The notes under the pieces were generated by a model. That model was not told where the DNA came from. It did not search any database and saw only the letters and a program-made list of their open reading frames with translations. A program made the position numbers and the translations under genes. From Mustelus asterias (taxonomy: Eukaryota): a DNA stretch of 64,000 nucleotides. The stretch is taken from NCBI RefSeq assembly GCF_964213995.1, contig NC_135805.1, forward strand, positions 81,654,001-81,718,000, given 5' to 3'. This document shows, piece after piece, positions 1 to 13,137 of this stretch (position 1 is the stretch's first letter; each line of letters opens with the position of its first letter).

Positions 1-650
1 CTCCAAGTGGTGTTCAACATGGGGGAGACAGATTAATCAGCTGAGGGTGGGCGGTGGGGGGGGGGGGGGGGGGGGGGGGGAGGTGGACAGTACATGGTAA
101 TCAGCAGGAGGTTTCCTTGCCCATACTTGACCTGGTGCCAAAGCTTTTTCCGCCACCTCTGATGATGGTGGTGTCTGGGACACTATCTGCAAGGTATGAT
201 TCCGTGAATATGACAACATCAGGCTGGTCTGTGAGACAGCTCTCCCAATTTTGGCACAAATCCCCAAAGGTTTGTAAGGAGGATGTTGTAGGATTGACAG
301 GCCTGGTTTACCATCGTAGTTTCCAGTGCCTAGGTCGATGCTAGGTGGACTTCCTATTTTAATTCCTTTTTGTTGTCTTTGTAGCTGTTGGATACAAATG
401 AGTGACTTGCTAGGCTATTTGAGAGGGCATTTAGGAGTCAATCACATTGGAGTAGCAAGTAGGCCAGACCTGGTAAGGCAGCAGATTTCCTTCCCTAAAG
501 GACATTAGTGAACTAGATGGGCTTTTACGACAATTGTTTCATGGTCATGATTAAACTTTACATTCCAGATTTTTTAAAATGTAATTTAAATTCCAGAATC
601 TGCCATGGTGGGATTTGAATCCTGTATCTTTGGATGACTAGTCCAGTGAT
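1..650 (-). mobile_element. 5' part of a decayed CR1-clade LINE: tRNA/SINE-like head followed by APE endonuclease N-terminus
   Basis: Minus strand reads, across frameshifts, LLTNLWGFVPKLGELSHR..PDVVIFTESYL..HQVKYGQGNLLLITMYCPP. A B-box-like GATTCAAATCCC lies at about 610-621. Confidence 0.6.
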
Positions 651-1018
651 TATTGAGGTATACAAGATGATAAAAGGTATGGATAAAGTAGACGTAGAGC
701 GGATGCTTCCTCTTGTGGGGCATTCTAGGACGAGAGGTCATAATCTTAGGATAAGCGGTTGTAAATTTAAAACACAGTTGAGGAGAAACTACTTCCCCCA
801 AAGGGTTGTGAATCTGTGGAATTTGCTGCTCCAAAGTGCGGTGGATGCTGCAAATTTAAGGAGGAGTTAGACAGATTTTTAACTGGTAATGGGTTGAGGG
901 ATTATGGGGAGAAGGCGGGAAAATGGGGATGAGGAGCATATCAGCCATGATCGAATGGTGGAGCAGACTTGATGGGCTGAATGGCCTAATTCTGCTCCTA
1001 TATCTTATGAACTTATGA
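651..1018 (+). mobile_element. CR1 LINE 3' fragment
   Basis: IEVYKMIKGMDKVD...RTRGHNL...FPQRVVNLWN (CR1 ORF2 C-terminus), then a 3' UTR with a short CTTATGA repeat tail. Confidence 0.85.
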
Positions 1019-1093
1019 AAATACCATTCTGCCACCACCTCACCAACAAAAATGAGAGGAATGAATGGCATATTGACCTTTATTTCAAATAGA

Positions 1094-1410
1094 TTTTTTT
1101 AATTCTTTTGCGTTATGTGAGAATTGCTGGCTAGGCCACCATTTACTGTCCATCCCTAATTGCCCTCGAAAAGATGGTGGTAAGCTATCTTCTTGGACTG
1201 CTACAGTCAATGTGGTGTAGGTACAGCAACAATGCTGTTAGGAAGGCAGTTCCGGGATTTTGATCCAGTGACAGTGAAGGAATGGCGATATAGTTCCAAG
1301 TCAGAGTGTTGTGTGGCTTGGAGGGGAACCTGCAGAGGTTGGTGTTTCCATGCACCTTCTGCGCTTATCCTACGTAGTGGGAGAAGTCACAGGCTTGGAA
1401 ATTGGTGGCA
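1094..1410 (-). mobile_element. LINE 3' end fragment (probably the family seen at 1-650)
   Basis: Minus strand ends GGGCAATTAGGGATGGACAGTAAATGGTGGCCTAGCCAGC...A-rich tail. Similar to the tail at 63175-63243. Confidence 0.5.
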
Positions 1411-2040
1411 AAGAAACATTGGTGAGTTACTTGAAATTGGAGTACAAGAGTAGGGAGGTGTGGAGAGCAGTTTCGATTTCCATACTTAAGGATGAATATG
1501 CTTGCATTAGAGGCAGTACAATGAAAATTCATGAGATTTGTTCCCATGATAAAAGGGTTTGTCCTTTAATGAGATGCTGAGTAAATTGGGCCTACATTCT
1601 TTAGAGTTTATGATAATGAGAGCTGATCTTGTTGAATCATACAAGATTTTGAAGGTGCTTGACTGTACAAATTAGAGGTTATTTCCCTTGGCTGAACCAG
1701 AACCTGGGTGTGGGTGAGGGGGGAGGGAGGTGTGGGGCAGTGTGAACAACCCCTCAGAATAAAGGTGTTATCATAATCATGGGACTGACAGGAGGGAAAA
1801 CATCTTCAGTTAAAGCCAGAATTGTGAATCTTTGGATTTATTTGCCCCAGAGCACTGTGGATCCTCTTTCTTTGAGAATGTTCAAGACTAAGGTTGGTAT
1901 ATTTTAAATGGAATAGTGGGATATGGGGAGTGGCCTAAAAAATAGAGTTGAGGTAGTAGATCAAATATGATTGTATTTAATGAGAGAGCAGTTCAAAGTG
2001 CCAAATGATCCACTCATGCTCCTATTCCTTATGATCTTAT
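1411..2040 (+). mobile_element. Old CR1 LINE 3' fragment
   Basis: Degenerate EYKSREV and ADLVESYKILK motifs; tail GCTCCTATTCCTTATGATCTTAT. Confidence 0.65.
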
Positions 2041-5000
2041 CTGCAATATGTTGTAAAGTACTAAATATAATATTGGCATTCAGCTGCAAAGGGGGAGAAA
2101 TTTGTTTGCATAGCAGCACTGCCAATTGACCAGCGCAGAGCTGCAGGCTGCCACTTGTGTGGCCTGCATGGCGTTCTTCAATGATGTCAATGAAGAAAGC
2201 TGCTAGAAGCAGCACTACGCCAATGACTTTCTCCCTCTTTATGTACATAGTAAGATATTCTGCCATCTTAACATAGACATTAATTAATTAAAATAAATGA
2301 GTTTCTTCATTGTTCAGTAGCAAACAGAGTGATGTCATGCAATCATGCTAATTATCTGAATGATAGTTTTTGCAAAGACTTGAGCAGTTGAACAAACAAG
2401 CAATTGCGAGTTGAGCTTCATGCAAAATAAGCTGTTAATTCCCCATGGCTTATTTTCTGCGATTGCCCAAAATGAATTTATACCCATGTTATTTTGTGGG
2501 TTGTAATCTGCATACTGCCATACATTTGTTTGGCAATTTCAAGAAGGGTGCAAAGAAGGGCCCTCTATATTATAACATGCCACATGCTGCTATGTAAATC
2601 TCAACGTTTGATTTACTGTTTGGCTTAATAAAAAGATTTGCAACCTCCAAAGTGGTTCCAGTAAAAGGCTACAATAAATTGCAGCTGATTATAGCTTCAG
2701 TAGTTCCTGCATTCTCATTAATCATTGCACGTCCTCAGTTTTTGACTGAAGGACATTTTGAAAAAGAAATTGAGGACAGGCTTGTTGCACATTATATAAG
2801 AACTGCTTCATATGAATGGAAAACAAACAAAGTGGTTTATATGTCAACAGTACAGGAAGATTTACTAAAAATATTTTTGAAACGTGAAGATTAGTGTTTT
2901 TTAAAATCAAAATCATTTACAAATTATCAGACTTTCTCCCTTGCATCCTATTGTACTTCAAGCAGCTTTTTTATATCACACCACTATATAAGATTTCACA
3001 GCATATGGACTAACAGTGATTACATTATTAAATGACTGCTCTGAGTCTGAATGTATGTTTTAGTTAATATTTTTCATGACAGTCATGTTCTAAAACTATT
3101 AGAATTATTTATCTCATTGACCTTTTTAAACTTTATAATGAATCATCTCATTTGAATATTGTATTCAATTAATGTAAACCGCAGAAAAACAGCAGTCAGG
3201 GAGAATCAACCCTTAAACATATTCCACACAATGTCAGGAAATCATTGCTATTCAAATACATCCTGGGTAAACTGCAATTTCCAATTCACAATGAATAAAT
3301 TTGTTTTCTGATACGCAGCACAAATATGCGATATTTAGGCTTTTAAAAAGTCAGAATTGTACAAGGACATTTTAGTAAGAGTCTAGAATATGAAAAAATG
3401 GTGTGTGTTTTATTATGTTTTCATTGATTCAGCAAAGGACGCAGCAATCTAATGTAAGTCAAGGTCTATCATTTTAGTCAAATTCAGTTTACAAATCTCG
3501 CGACTAAAGATATTAGATCAGCCTATTTGCGAATCAAAATGAAATGAAACAGAAAATTTCGACTTCATCTGTCGCAGCTTTTGTTTCCCAGCTGGCTCCA
3601 GCTGCATATCAGATATGTGCGTCATTCACTGAAGCAAATTGAAGACGTGAACTGCTTCAGAGTGAGCAAAGGCAATTGAGTGCCATGCTGTGACCTCAGT
3701 AGCTGTCAGTGCTATGCTTGAACATGAATTAGATTTTCATTTTGCTCTCAGGCAGACAATATCAAGGCTTTTGTTGGGCCTGTGCATTGGAACATTAAAT
3801 TGGCCATTTTCAAGTCCCATCAGTCTGCCCTTCAATGTCTTTCCTTTTGTTTCTTCTCTTATCCAAATGCACGCATACATATCACATATTTTCTTCCTTT
3901 ACTTTTGTACTAAAATGCTGTATAGGATTTTAGAAAGATCTTATGGGATCTTACATGAAATATTTTAAGATGCAGTAAAAACCATTTTGTACTCTGCATG
4001 GAAATCTATGGTTTCTAGAACTTTATTGATTTTGTATTATGTCTTACCTGGGCACAAGGCCCAGCTGATGAATGCATATGGAATGCAGGAACAGGAAAGT
4101 TGCAGGTTAGATTTTCAATCTGTGTTCATCTAGTTAATCTTTGCCAGGGCTTTAGGAGGAGATAACCTCAACATCCCTAGGCTAGGAAGGGACACAAAAT
4201 ACTCACTAGTAGCGTTTTGTCACCTCTTAGTCATAAAGTCTTGGTTTTATAAGTCCAACTCTAAAGACTTGAACACATAGGACTGGATTTAGTGTTCCTA
4301 ATATTAGGTGCCTAACTTGGCACCATTGGGCCTTCCTGAGGATTTAGGATTAGGTGGTGGAATTCCCACCTCCTGAGAGCTGCCGGCCAATCCGAGATCA
4401 GCAGGTCTCCACTGCCCATGAGTGCCACCCGAGAATGTGGCTGCTGCTGGTAATGAACCCACCTTGGGTCCAGGACACAGGTAACTAAAGGCAGGATAGG
4501 AATTGCGGAGGAGGGGATCACCAGCAACTAGTGGGAAAAGAGATGAGGTGAAATGGCAGGAGGGTTGCCACTTAGCAGGCACTCCCTTGTTGATGCTGAG
4601 CCCATCAAATAGACAGGGCCTTTGAAAGGCCCCAAGTAAAAATTTTTCTCTAAATTTTGAATTACTGATTAGTGGAACCAAAATATCAGTGTTAAAAGAG
4701 AGTGAATGATAGTGAGGAACTTTCGGTGCACTTCATAGCCAAACAGATGTTAAGTTAGAAGATTGATGGACCCGACCTTTATTCCCCCAGCTTTCCATCC
4801 CAAGATGTAACCTCAATTTAGCAAGACTGTTCACATGTCTCCTAATTATTCCTTTAATTAAATCTTTCTTATAGGAATTCTGTCATTCATTCTCAGTAAA
4901 AGCTGGGGAAAGATAAATGAAAACATTGTTGAGAAGAATTGCACAGAAATCATGACACAAAGTTAAAATTCAAGAGAGATCTTTCTCCAGAAATTATTTT

Positions 5001-5539
5001 TTTCAATCATAAAACATAACTTGGCTGCTCTTCTGGTATAATATGATAAATCTGGCCCGGGATCAGACCAGAGTAAAAGCTGTGCAGTGCTGTACACTGT
5101 ATGCGTAACCTGTGTGATTATTTATCTGTACTCCAAGAGTGTGCCGTAGGATCTTCTCCAATTATATTAACAGATATCAGATACTATTAATCTTTAACAT
5201 TCCAAAATAAATACTTGTGTTGCCTTGCATCTAACTTTCAACTTAATTATCCCCATTTATAAACACACGATGGTGCCATTGAGACCGAATCACCTTATTA
5301 TTTTACTTTGTATCTGTCCCACCTTGATTTTTTATAGAACATTTGAAATGGAAGTTGTGTTAGAATATAAACTTAAATTGTGTCCCTGTATGGAACAAGC
5401 TTATTAGTCTCTCATCTGTTCCAGCAGACTTTGCTAGTGAGGATTATGATAGAAAAACATAGAAAAACAACGGCACAATACAGGCCCTTCAGCCCACAAA
5501 GTTGTGCCGAACATGTCCCTACCTTAGTGATTACTAGGC

Positions 5540-8500
5540 TTACCTATAACCCTCTATCTTACTAAGTTCCATGTACTTATCTAAAAGTCTCTTAAAAGAC
5601 CCTATCGAATCCACCTCCACCACTGTTGCTGGCAGCCCATTCCACGCACCCACCACCCTCTGAGTGAAAAACTTATCCCTGACATCTCCTCTGTACCGAC
5701 TCCCCAGCACCTTAAAACTGTGTCCTCTTGTGGCAACCATTTCAGCCCTGGGAAAAAGCCTCTGACTATCCACTCGATCAATACCTCTCAACATCTTATA
5801 CACCTCTATCAGGTCACCCCTCATCCTTCGTCTCTCCAAGGAGAAAAGGCCGAGCTCACTCAACCTATCCTCATAAGGCATGCTCCCCAACCCAGGCAAC
5901 ATCCTTGTAAATCTCCTCTGCACCCTTTCTATGGCTTCCACATCCTTCCTATAATGAGGCGACCAGAACTGAGCACAGTACTCCAAGTGTGGTCTGACCA
6001 GGGTCTTATATAGTTGCAACATTATCTCACGACTCCTAAACTCAATTCCTCGATTGATGAAGGCCAGTACACCATACACCTTCTTAACCACAGCCTCAAC
6101 CTGCACAGCTGCTTTGAGCGTCCTATGAACTCGGACCCCAAGATCCTTCTGATCTTCTACTCTGCCAAGAGTCCTACCATTAATATTATATTCCGCCATC
6201 GTATTTGACCTGCCAAAATGAACCACCTCACACTTATCTGGGTTGAACTCCATCTGCCACTTTTCCACCCAGTCTTGCATCCTATCAATGTCTCGCTGCA
6301 ACTTCTGACATCCCTCCACCCTATCCACAACACCACCAACCTTTGTGTCATCAGCAAACTTACCAACCCATCCCTCCACTTCCTCATCCAGGTCATTTAT
6401 AAAAATCACAAAGAGTAAGGGTCCCAGAACAGATCCCTGGGGCATTCCACTGGTGACCGACCTCCATGCAGAATATGACCCATCTATAACCACTCTTTGC
6501 CTTCTGTGGGCAAGCCAGTTCTGGATCCACAAAGCAATGTCCCCTCGGATCCCATGCCCCCCCTCACTTTCTCAATAAGCCTTGCATGGGGCACCTTATC
6601 AAATGCCTTGCTGAAGTCCATGTATACTACATCAACTGCTCTTCCTTTATCCATGTGTTTAGTCACATCCTCAAAAAATTCAATCAGGCTCGTAGGGCAT
6701 GATCTGCCTTTGACAAAGCCATGCTGACTATTCTTAATCATATTATACCTCTCCAAATGTTCATAAATCCTGCCTCTCAGGATCTTCTCCATCAACAGGA
6801 CCTTGGTGAGACCACATTTGGAATATTGTGTGCAGTTCTGGTCACCTCACTATAAGAAGGATGTGGAAGCGCTGGAAAGAGTGCAGAGGAGATTTACCAG
6901 GATGCTGCCTGGTTTGGAGGGTAGGTCTTATGAGGAAAGGTTGAGGGAGCTAGGGCTGTTCTCTCTGGAGCGGAGGAGGCTGAGGGGAGACTTAATAGAG
7001 GTTTATAAAATGATGAAGGGGATAGATAGAGTGAACGTTGAAAGACTATTTCCTCGGGTGGATGGAGCTATTACAAGGGGGCATAACTATAGGGTTCGTG
7101 GTGGGAGATATAGGAAGGATATCAGAGGTAGGTTCTTTATGCAGAGAGTGGTTGGGGTGTGGAATGGACTGCCTGCAGTGATAGTGGAGTCAGACACTTT
7201 AGGAACATTTAAGCGGTTATTGGATAGGCACATGGAGCACACCAGGATGATAGGGAGTGGGATAGCTTGATCTTGGTTTCAGATAAAGCTCGGCACAACA
7301 TTGTGGGCCGAAGGGCCTGTTCTGTGCTGTACTGTTCTATGTAACTTACCAACCACTGAGGTTAGACTCATTGGTCTATAATTTCCAGGGCTATCTCTAC
7401 TCCCTTTCTTGAATCAGGGAACACATCCGCAATCCTCCGGAACCTCTCCCGTCTCCATTGATGATGCAAAGATCATCGCCAGAGGCTCGGCAATCTCCTC
7501 CCTCGCCTCCCACAGTAGCCTGGGGTATATCCCATCAGGTCCCGGCGACTTATCTAACTTGATGCTTTTCAAAAGATCCAACACATCTTCTTTCTTAATA
7601 TCTACATGCTCAAGCTTTTCAGTCTGTGCAAGTCTGCACTACAACCACCAAGATCCTTTTCCATAGTGAATACTGAAGTAAAGTATTCATTAAGTACCTC
7701 TGCTATTTCTTCCGGTTCCATACAAACTTGCCCACCGTCACACTTGATAGGTCCTATTCTTTCACGTCTTATCCTCTTGCTCTTCACATACTTGTAGAAT
7801 GCCTTGGGGTTTTCCTTAATCCTGCCTGCCAAGGCCTTCTCATGACCCCTTCTGGCTCTCCTAATTTCTTTCTTAAGATCCTTCCTGTTAGCCGTATACT
7901 CTTCAAAATCTCAAACATTACCTAGCTTCCTGAATCTTTTGTAAGCTTTTCTTTTCTTCTTGACTGGATTCATTACAGCCTTTGTACACCACGGTTCCTG
8001 TAACCTACCATAACTTCCCTGTCTCATTGGAACGTTGCTATGCAGAACTCCAGACAAATATTCCCTGAAAATTTGCCACATTTCTTCCATACATTTCCCT
8101 GAGAAAACCTCTTTCCAATTTAAGCCTCCAATTTCCTGCCTGATAGCCTCATAATTCCCCTTACTCCAATTAAACACTTTTCTAATTTGTCTGATCCTAT
8201 CTCTCTCCAATGCTATTGTAAAGGAGATAGAATTATGATCACTATCTCCAAAATGCTCTCCCACTGAGAGACCTGACACCTGCCCAGGTTCATTTCCCAA
8301 TACCAAATCAAGTACAGCCTCTCCTCTTGTAGGCTTCTCTACATACTGTGTCAAGAAACCCTCCTGAACACACCTAACAAACTCCTCCCCATCTACATCC
8401 CTTACTCTAGGGAGATTCCAATCAATATTTGGGAAATTAAAATCTCCCATCATGACAACTCTTGTTATTATTACACCTTTCCAGGATCTGTTTCCCTATC

Positions 8501-8886
8501 TGCTCCTCAGTAGCCCTGTTACTGTTGGGTGGCCTATAGAAAACACCCAGTAAAGTTATTGACCCCTTCCTGTTCGTAACCTCCACCCACAGAGACTCCG
8601 TAGACAATCCCTCCATGGTGTCCATCTTTTCTGCAGCCGTGACACTATCTCTGATCAACAGTGCCACTCCCCCACCTCTTGTGCCTCCCTCCCTGTCCCT
8701 TCTGAAACCCGGCATTTGAAGTAACCAGTCCTGTCCCTGAGTCATCCAAGTCTCTGTAATGGCCACCACATCATATTTCCAAGTAGTGATCCACGCTCTA
8801 AGCTCATCCACTTTGTTCACAACACTCCTTGCATTAAAATAGACACATCTCAAAACTTCAGTCTGAGTGCTCCCCTTCTCTATCAC
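5540..8886 (-). pseudogene. CR1 ORF2 (APE endonuclease plus RT), frameshifted and split by an insertion
   Basis: Collinear ORF pieces 8437-8886, 7911-8453, 7602-7832, 6484-6795 and 5540-6532 closely resemble the intact ORF at 57756-60659. Confidence 0.9.
6797..7342 (+). mobile_element. 5'-truncated CR1 (subfamily B) nested antisense inside CR1-A
   Basis: ORF 6803-7270 is almost identical to the C-terminus of ORF 37885-40899 (…HTRMIGSGIA). Tail GTTCTATGT; AAC duplicated at 6794-6796 and 7343-7345; the host reads continuously once the insert is removed. Confidence 0.93.
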
Positions 8887-8986
8887 CTGCCTATCTTCCC
8901 TCTCACACTATCGACAAGCTTTCTCTATTTGTGAGCTAACCTCCTCTCTCCCAGTCACTTCAATTTGATTCCCACCCCCAACCATT

Positions 8987-9930
8987 CTAGTTTAAACTCT
9001 CCCCAGTAGCCTTAGCAAACCTCCCCGCCAGGATATTGGTCCCCCTGGGATTCAAGTGCAACCCGTCCTTATTGTACAGGTCACACCTGCCCCAAAAGAG
9101 GTCCCAATGATCCAGAAACCTGAATCCCTGCCCCCTGCTCCAATCCCTCAGCCACGCATTTATCCTCCACCCCCTTCCATTCCTACTCTCACTGTCGCGT
9201 GGCACAGGCAGCAATTCCGAGATTACTACCTTTGCGGTCCTTCTTCTCAACTCCCTTCCCAACTCCCTATATCCTCCTTTCAGGACCTCTTCCCTTTTCC
9301 TACCTATGTCATTGGTACCAATGGCTCTTCTCCCTCCCACTTCAGGATATCTTGGACGCCATCAGAAACATCCCGGATCCTGGCACCAGAGAGGCAAACT
9401 ACCATCCAAGTTTCTTGTCTGCGTCCACAGAATCGCCTGTCCGACCCCCTCACTATAGAGTCTCCTATTACTACTGCCTTCCTCCTCCTTTCCCTACCCT
9501 TCTGAGCTACAGGGCCGGACTCTGCGCTGGAGGCACGGCCACTGTTGCTTCCCCCAGGTAGGTTGTCCCCCCCAACAGCACTCAAACAGGAGCACTTATT
9601 GTTAAGGGGCACAGCCACTGGGGTACTCTGTAGTACCTGACCTTTCCCCTTCCCCTTCCTAACCGTGACCCACTTGTCTGCCACCCGTGGCCCCAGTGTG
9701 ACCACCTGCCTGTAACTCCTCTCTATCACCTCCTCATTCTCCCTGACCAGACGAAGGTCATCGAGCTGCAGCTCCAGTTCCCTAACGTGGTCCCTTAGGA
9801 GCTGCAGCTCGACGCACCCGGCGCAGAAATGGATGTCCGGGAGGCTAGGAGACTCCAGGACCTCCCACATCCGACACCAAGAACAACAAACTGGCCTCAC
9901 ACTCATAATTCCCCTTTCTTCAAATAACAC
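8987..9930 (-). pseudogene. CR1 ORF1 (Zn finger/leucine zipper plus SGNH esterase), frameshifted
   Basis: CxxC..CxxC, heptad ELQLLRDHVRELELQL, VIGDS, IGTND and DGLH split over ORFs 9304-9930 and 8987-9340. Confidence 0.88.
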
Positions 9931-12651
9931 AGGAAAAACTAACTAAACCTCCCCTGCCTCGCCGGTCTCCGCCTAAGCCCGTTGAGCCAAAGCCCTTCAG
10001 CCTTCACTCTGCTCCCTCTCACTCCTCCGCCCGCTCACAACGCTGCCCGCTGGATACAGCGGCCTGCTTTTCAAAGGAAAAAAAACAAAAAAAACCTTCC
10101 CAGGTGTCACTGGGGCCTACTTCCGGTTTTACCCTCCCAGCTGCCTTAGAGAAATAAAAACACTCCAAAAATCGAGTAATTTAAAAACACCTCTTACCCA
10201 CTAGCTCTCCTCTCCTGAAAACACCATTCTAGCTGCTCCAGTGGAACAATGATAGCTTTACAATGCAAACTGTTCTTGACCTATGCAGAAATTTATCCTA
10301 TTCCGAGACCTCCTCTTCATAATAATATACCCATGCCTCAATTTTGCTGCCCTAAGGAAGCAATCATTTTCCTACACTGCATTCAACAGAAGTACAATTT
10401 ATATTCAGGATATGAGAAACGTCAATCAATATCGTGGTAAGATTTTTAAAATTATTTGCCAGCTTTATTTCATTTAGAAATGAGATGGGCTATTATAGGC
10501 ACTTCTTAGTCATATTTAATACAGATATTGGAAGCATATGTCCTTTATTTTATTAATTTACAGCACATTTTCTCTTAACTATGTATGTATGCTAATTTAT
10601 CGGCAAATGAGTCACTAAATACATCTTAGGAACATGCCAAGTTCCAAGTCTACAGTTTATATTTGAACAATCTTGTACCCATCAATATAATCCACCAATA
10701 AATTGTTTAGATAATATGAATGGCATTTGGCCCCTGAGCAGGGCGAAAAAAATCAGCCAACCCTGATCACTATCCAGTGACTCCTGCTGCAAAGTGTTCA
10801 TGTATCAGTGAGGCTCAGCTGTGATGTCCTCCAACACTAAATAGCCTGTTAACATTTCCTAGCCAGGTTCCTGGCCAAAGAATAACCACTTTGATGAGAT
10901 ACCATGCACCTGAATAGATCAGAAAATTTTGTGAAAACTTTATTTGAATGACAAGAAAAGATACCAACACATACATCTATGGACATGTTTGAATGTGCGT
11001 GTGATTGTAAATGCATGCAAAGAAAAAAATGGAGATTAACTTAAGAAAGTAAGGAAGTCAAAAGAGAAAAAGACATTTAATGATAGGAGTGAGACTCTGG
11101 AAAGAGCAATTTAAGGACAAGACGATTGATTGCTGAGTCAGCGAACAGTGCGCCTGTCCCTAAGTATCAAGGAAAATGGGGTATTTCCATTCAACAAGAA
11201 ATTTTATATATGAACAAAGGGGAACTGGGAGATGTGGTATGAAAGGAAATATTAAATGCACATGATGAAAAAACTGCCAAACATTAGGCACTCATTCAAA
11301 GTAGGAGGTGTGACTTCCCTGAAATAACTTGTGCCAATAACAGACATGGTTGTTAAATGTCTTGGACCACAGATTAATAATATGGCCTGGATATTATACT
11401 CCTGGTTAAAACAACAGCAAAAACAGTGGGAGGTGGAAATAGGTGGCCTTAGTGATGGTGCAAATAAGAGGTCAAATATGACACGAAGGTTACAAACAGA
11501 CTGGTTTCACCTCAGACTATTCCTCTGCATACTGTTGGTTGTAAACAGACAAATTTCATCACACAGTTAGCACATTCAGCAAATTTGCATTTCTTAATCA
11601 ATTGTATCTAATTTGGGTAAGTGACAATCTGAATATAGGAGTGCCTGTACACAGCTAAACTGTGGTGACAAACATGAGGGTCCATACCATTATACAGATT
11701 ACACAAACAACATGCTTAGTATTGAACTAGTTGCATTTGCACACCATGCCAGGCATGACAGCAACAACTTGTATTTAACATAATAAAATGTCTCAAGGTA
11801 CACTATAGGGGCATTATAAGAGAAAATATGGCACTGAGACTGATTAGGATAGATGACCAAAAGCTTTGTCAAAGTGATGGATTTTAAGGAGCATCTAAGA
11901 ATAAAACGTGAAGTAGAAAGGCAGAGAGTGTGATGGTCATGTCACGCTTGTAAAAATAATTGGGCCATGGACACTATACTTTTAAAAAGAAAGCTACATG
12001 GAAGGTTGGATTCCTGAAAGTCAGGTGATGTCTGTTTGTGTTTTCTGGACACACAGATGCAATAGGCTGGAATCTCCCAGCTTAGTGCGCCCACTTTGGA
12101 AGAAAGTGCCTGCAAAGGTGGGAGGGGGTTGAGGGGTGTCTGCGGGAAGGAGGTCCAATTCCAATTATCAGATTTTGGAGACAGCCACGGGTTGCTGGCT
12201 GCTGAGGCAGGCAGTATAAAAGGCTCACCTCAGTTCTCTGGGACTCTGTCCCAGTTGTATTAATAACAATAGTTAAAACAAAGCCCAGCGTTCTATGCCT
12301 CTCCCCCTCACACCCCATACACGTTGAAGACACAATTGGCTGAGAGCCTAGATAACCATTAATCTGTTGCATCCAATGGGAATCATTGCTTGATTGACAG
12401 CTCTTTCTCTGTGATACATTCTATCAATTTCATAATATTATTGGCGCAAGATAAAGAGGTGTCAAGTGCTTACAGTTCCTGCTATTGATACATTAGAGGT
12501 CCGGATAATTGATACTTTTATCACACTTTAGTAAAAGCACTTTTTTAAAAACGTAGAAAATTATTAATAACTTTTTAAAAAGATTTTTTAACACACGCTA
12601 TCGTTACTATATGGTTAATTGGTTCTGCGGAGAGTGTATACTTGGTGAATG

Positions 12652-13137
12652 ATGTGGAGATGCTGGCGTTGAACTGGGGTGGGCACAGTAAGAAGTCATC
12701 ATAGAAATCATAGAAACCCTACAGTACAGAAAGAGGCCATTCGACCCATCGAGTCTGCACCGACCACAATCCCACCCAGGCCCTACCCCCATATCCCTAC
12801 ATATTTACCCACTAATCCCTCCAACCTATGCATCTCAGGACACTAAGGGCAATTTTTAGCATGGCCAATCAACCTAACCCGCACATCTTTGGACTGTGGG
12901 AGGAAACCGGAGCACCCGGAGGAAACCCACACAGACACGAGGAGAATGTGCAAACTCCACACAGACAGTGACCCAAGCCGGGAATCGAACCCAGGTCCCT
13001 GGAGCTGTGAAGCAGCAGTGCTAACCACTGTGCTACCGTGCCGCCCTGATGAAGTCCTGATGAAGGAGCAGCACTCCAAAAGCTCATGGTTCCAAATAAA
13101 CCTGTTGGACTTTAACCTGGTGTTGTGAGAGATTTCT
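12652..13137. mobile_element. Penelope-type fold-back terminal fragment with decayed hammerhead, interrupted by a SINE
   Basis: GATGTGGAGATGC..AGTAAGAAGTC terminus; CTGATGAAGGAGCAGCACTCCAAAAGCTC at 13057-13085; 13-bp TSD TACTTGGTGAATG (12639-12651, 13138-13150). Confidence 0.7.
12698..13046 (-). mobile_element. HE1-like V-SINE (tRNA head, V core, CR1-type tail)
   Basis: A box GGTAGCACAGTGG, B box GGTTCGATTCC, V-domain GGGTTTCCTCCGGGTGCTCCGGTTTCCTCCCACAGTCCAAAGA, (TTTCTATGA)n tail. Confidence 0.88.

Larger units (their letters stand above)
5448..10252 (-). mobile_element. Full-length but inactivated CR1 LINE (subfamily A), interrupted by a nested CR1
   Basis: Order on minus strand: 5' UTR, ORF1, ORF2 pieces (endonuclease VYFNARS/MGDFN/SDH; RT QGSVLGP/KFADD), (TTTTTCTATG)-type tail at about 5448-5470. 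Possible TSD ATGATAG at 5446-5452 and 10249-10255. Confidence 0.93.

Noticed and set aside
56-80. Long poly-G runs (also 55261-55285)
   Set aside because: Homopolymer expansions inside repeats with unreliable length; the Gly/Pro-rich ORFs they create are spurious.
12960-13046. tRNA-like sequences (also about 34680-34745, 48580-48647, 49880-49950)
   Set aside because: SINE heads with A and B boxes but no complete cloverleaf.
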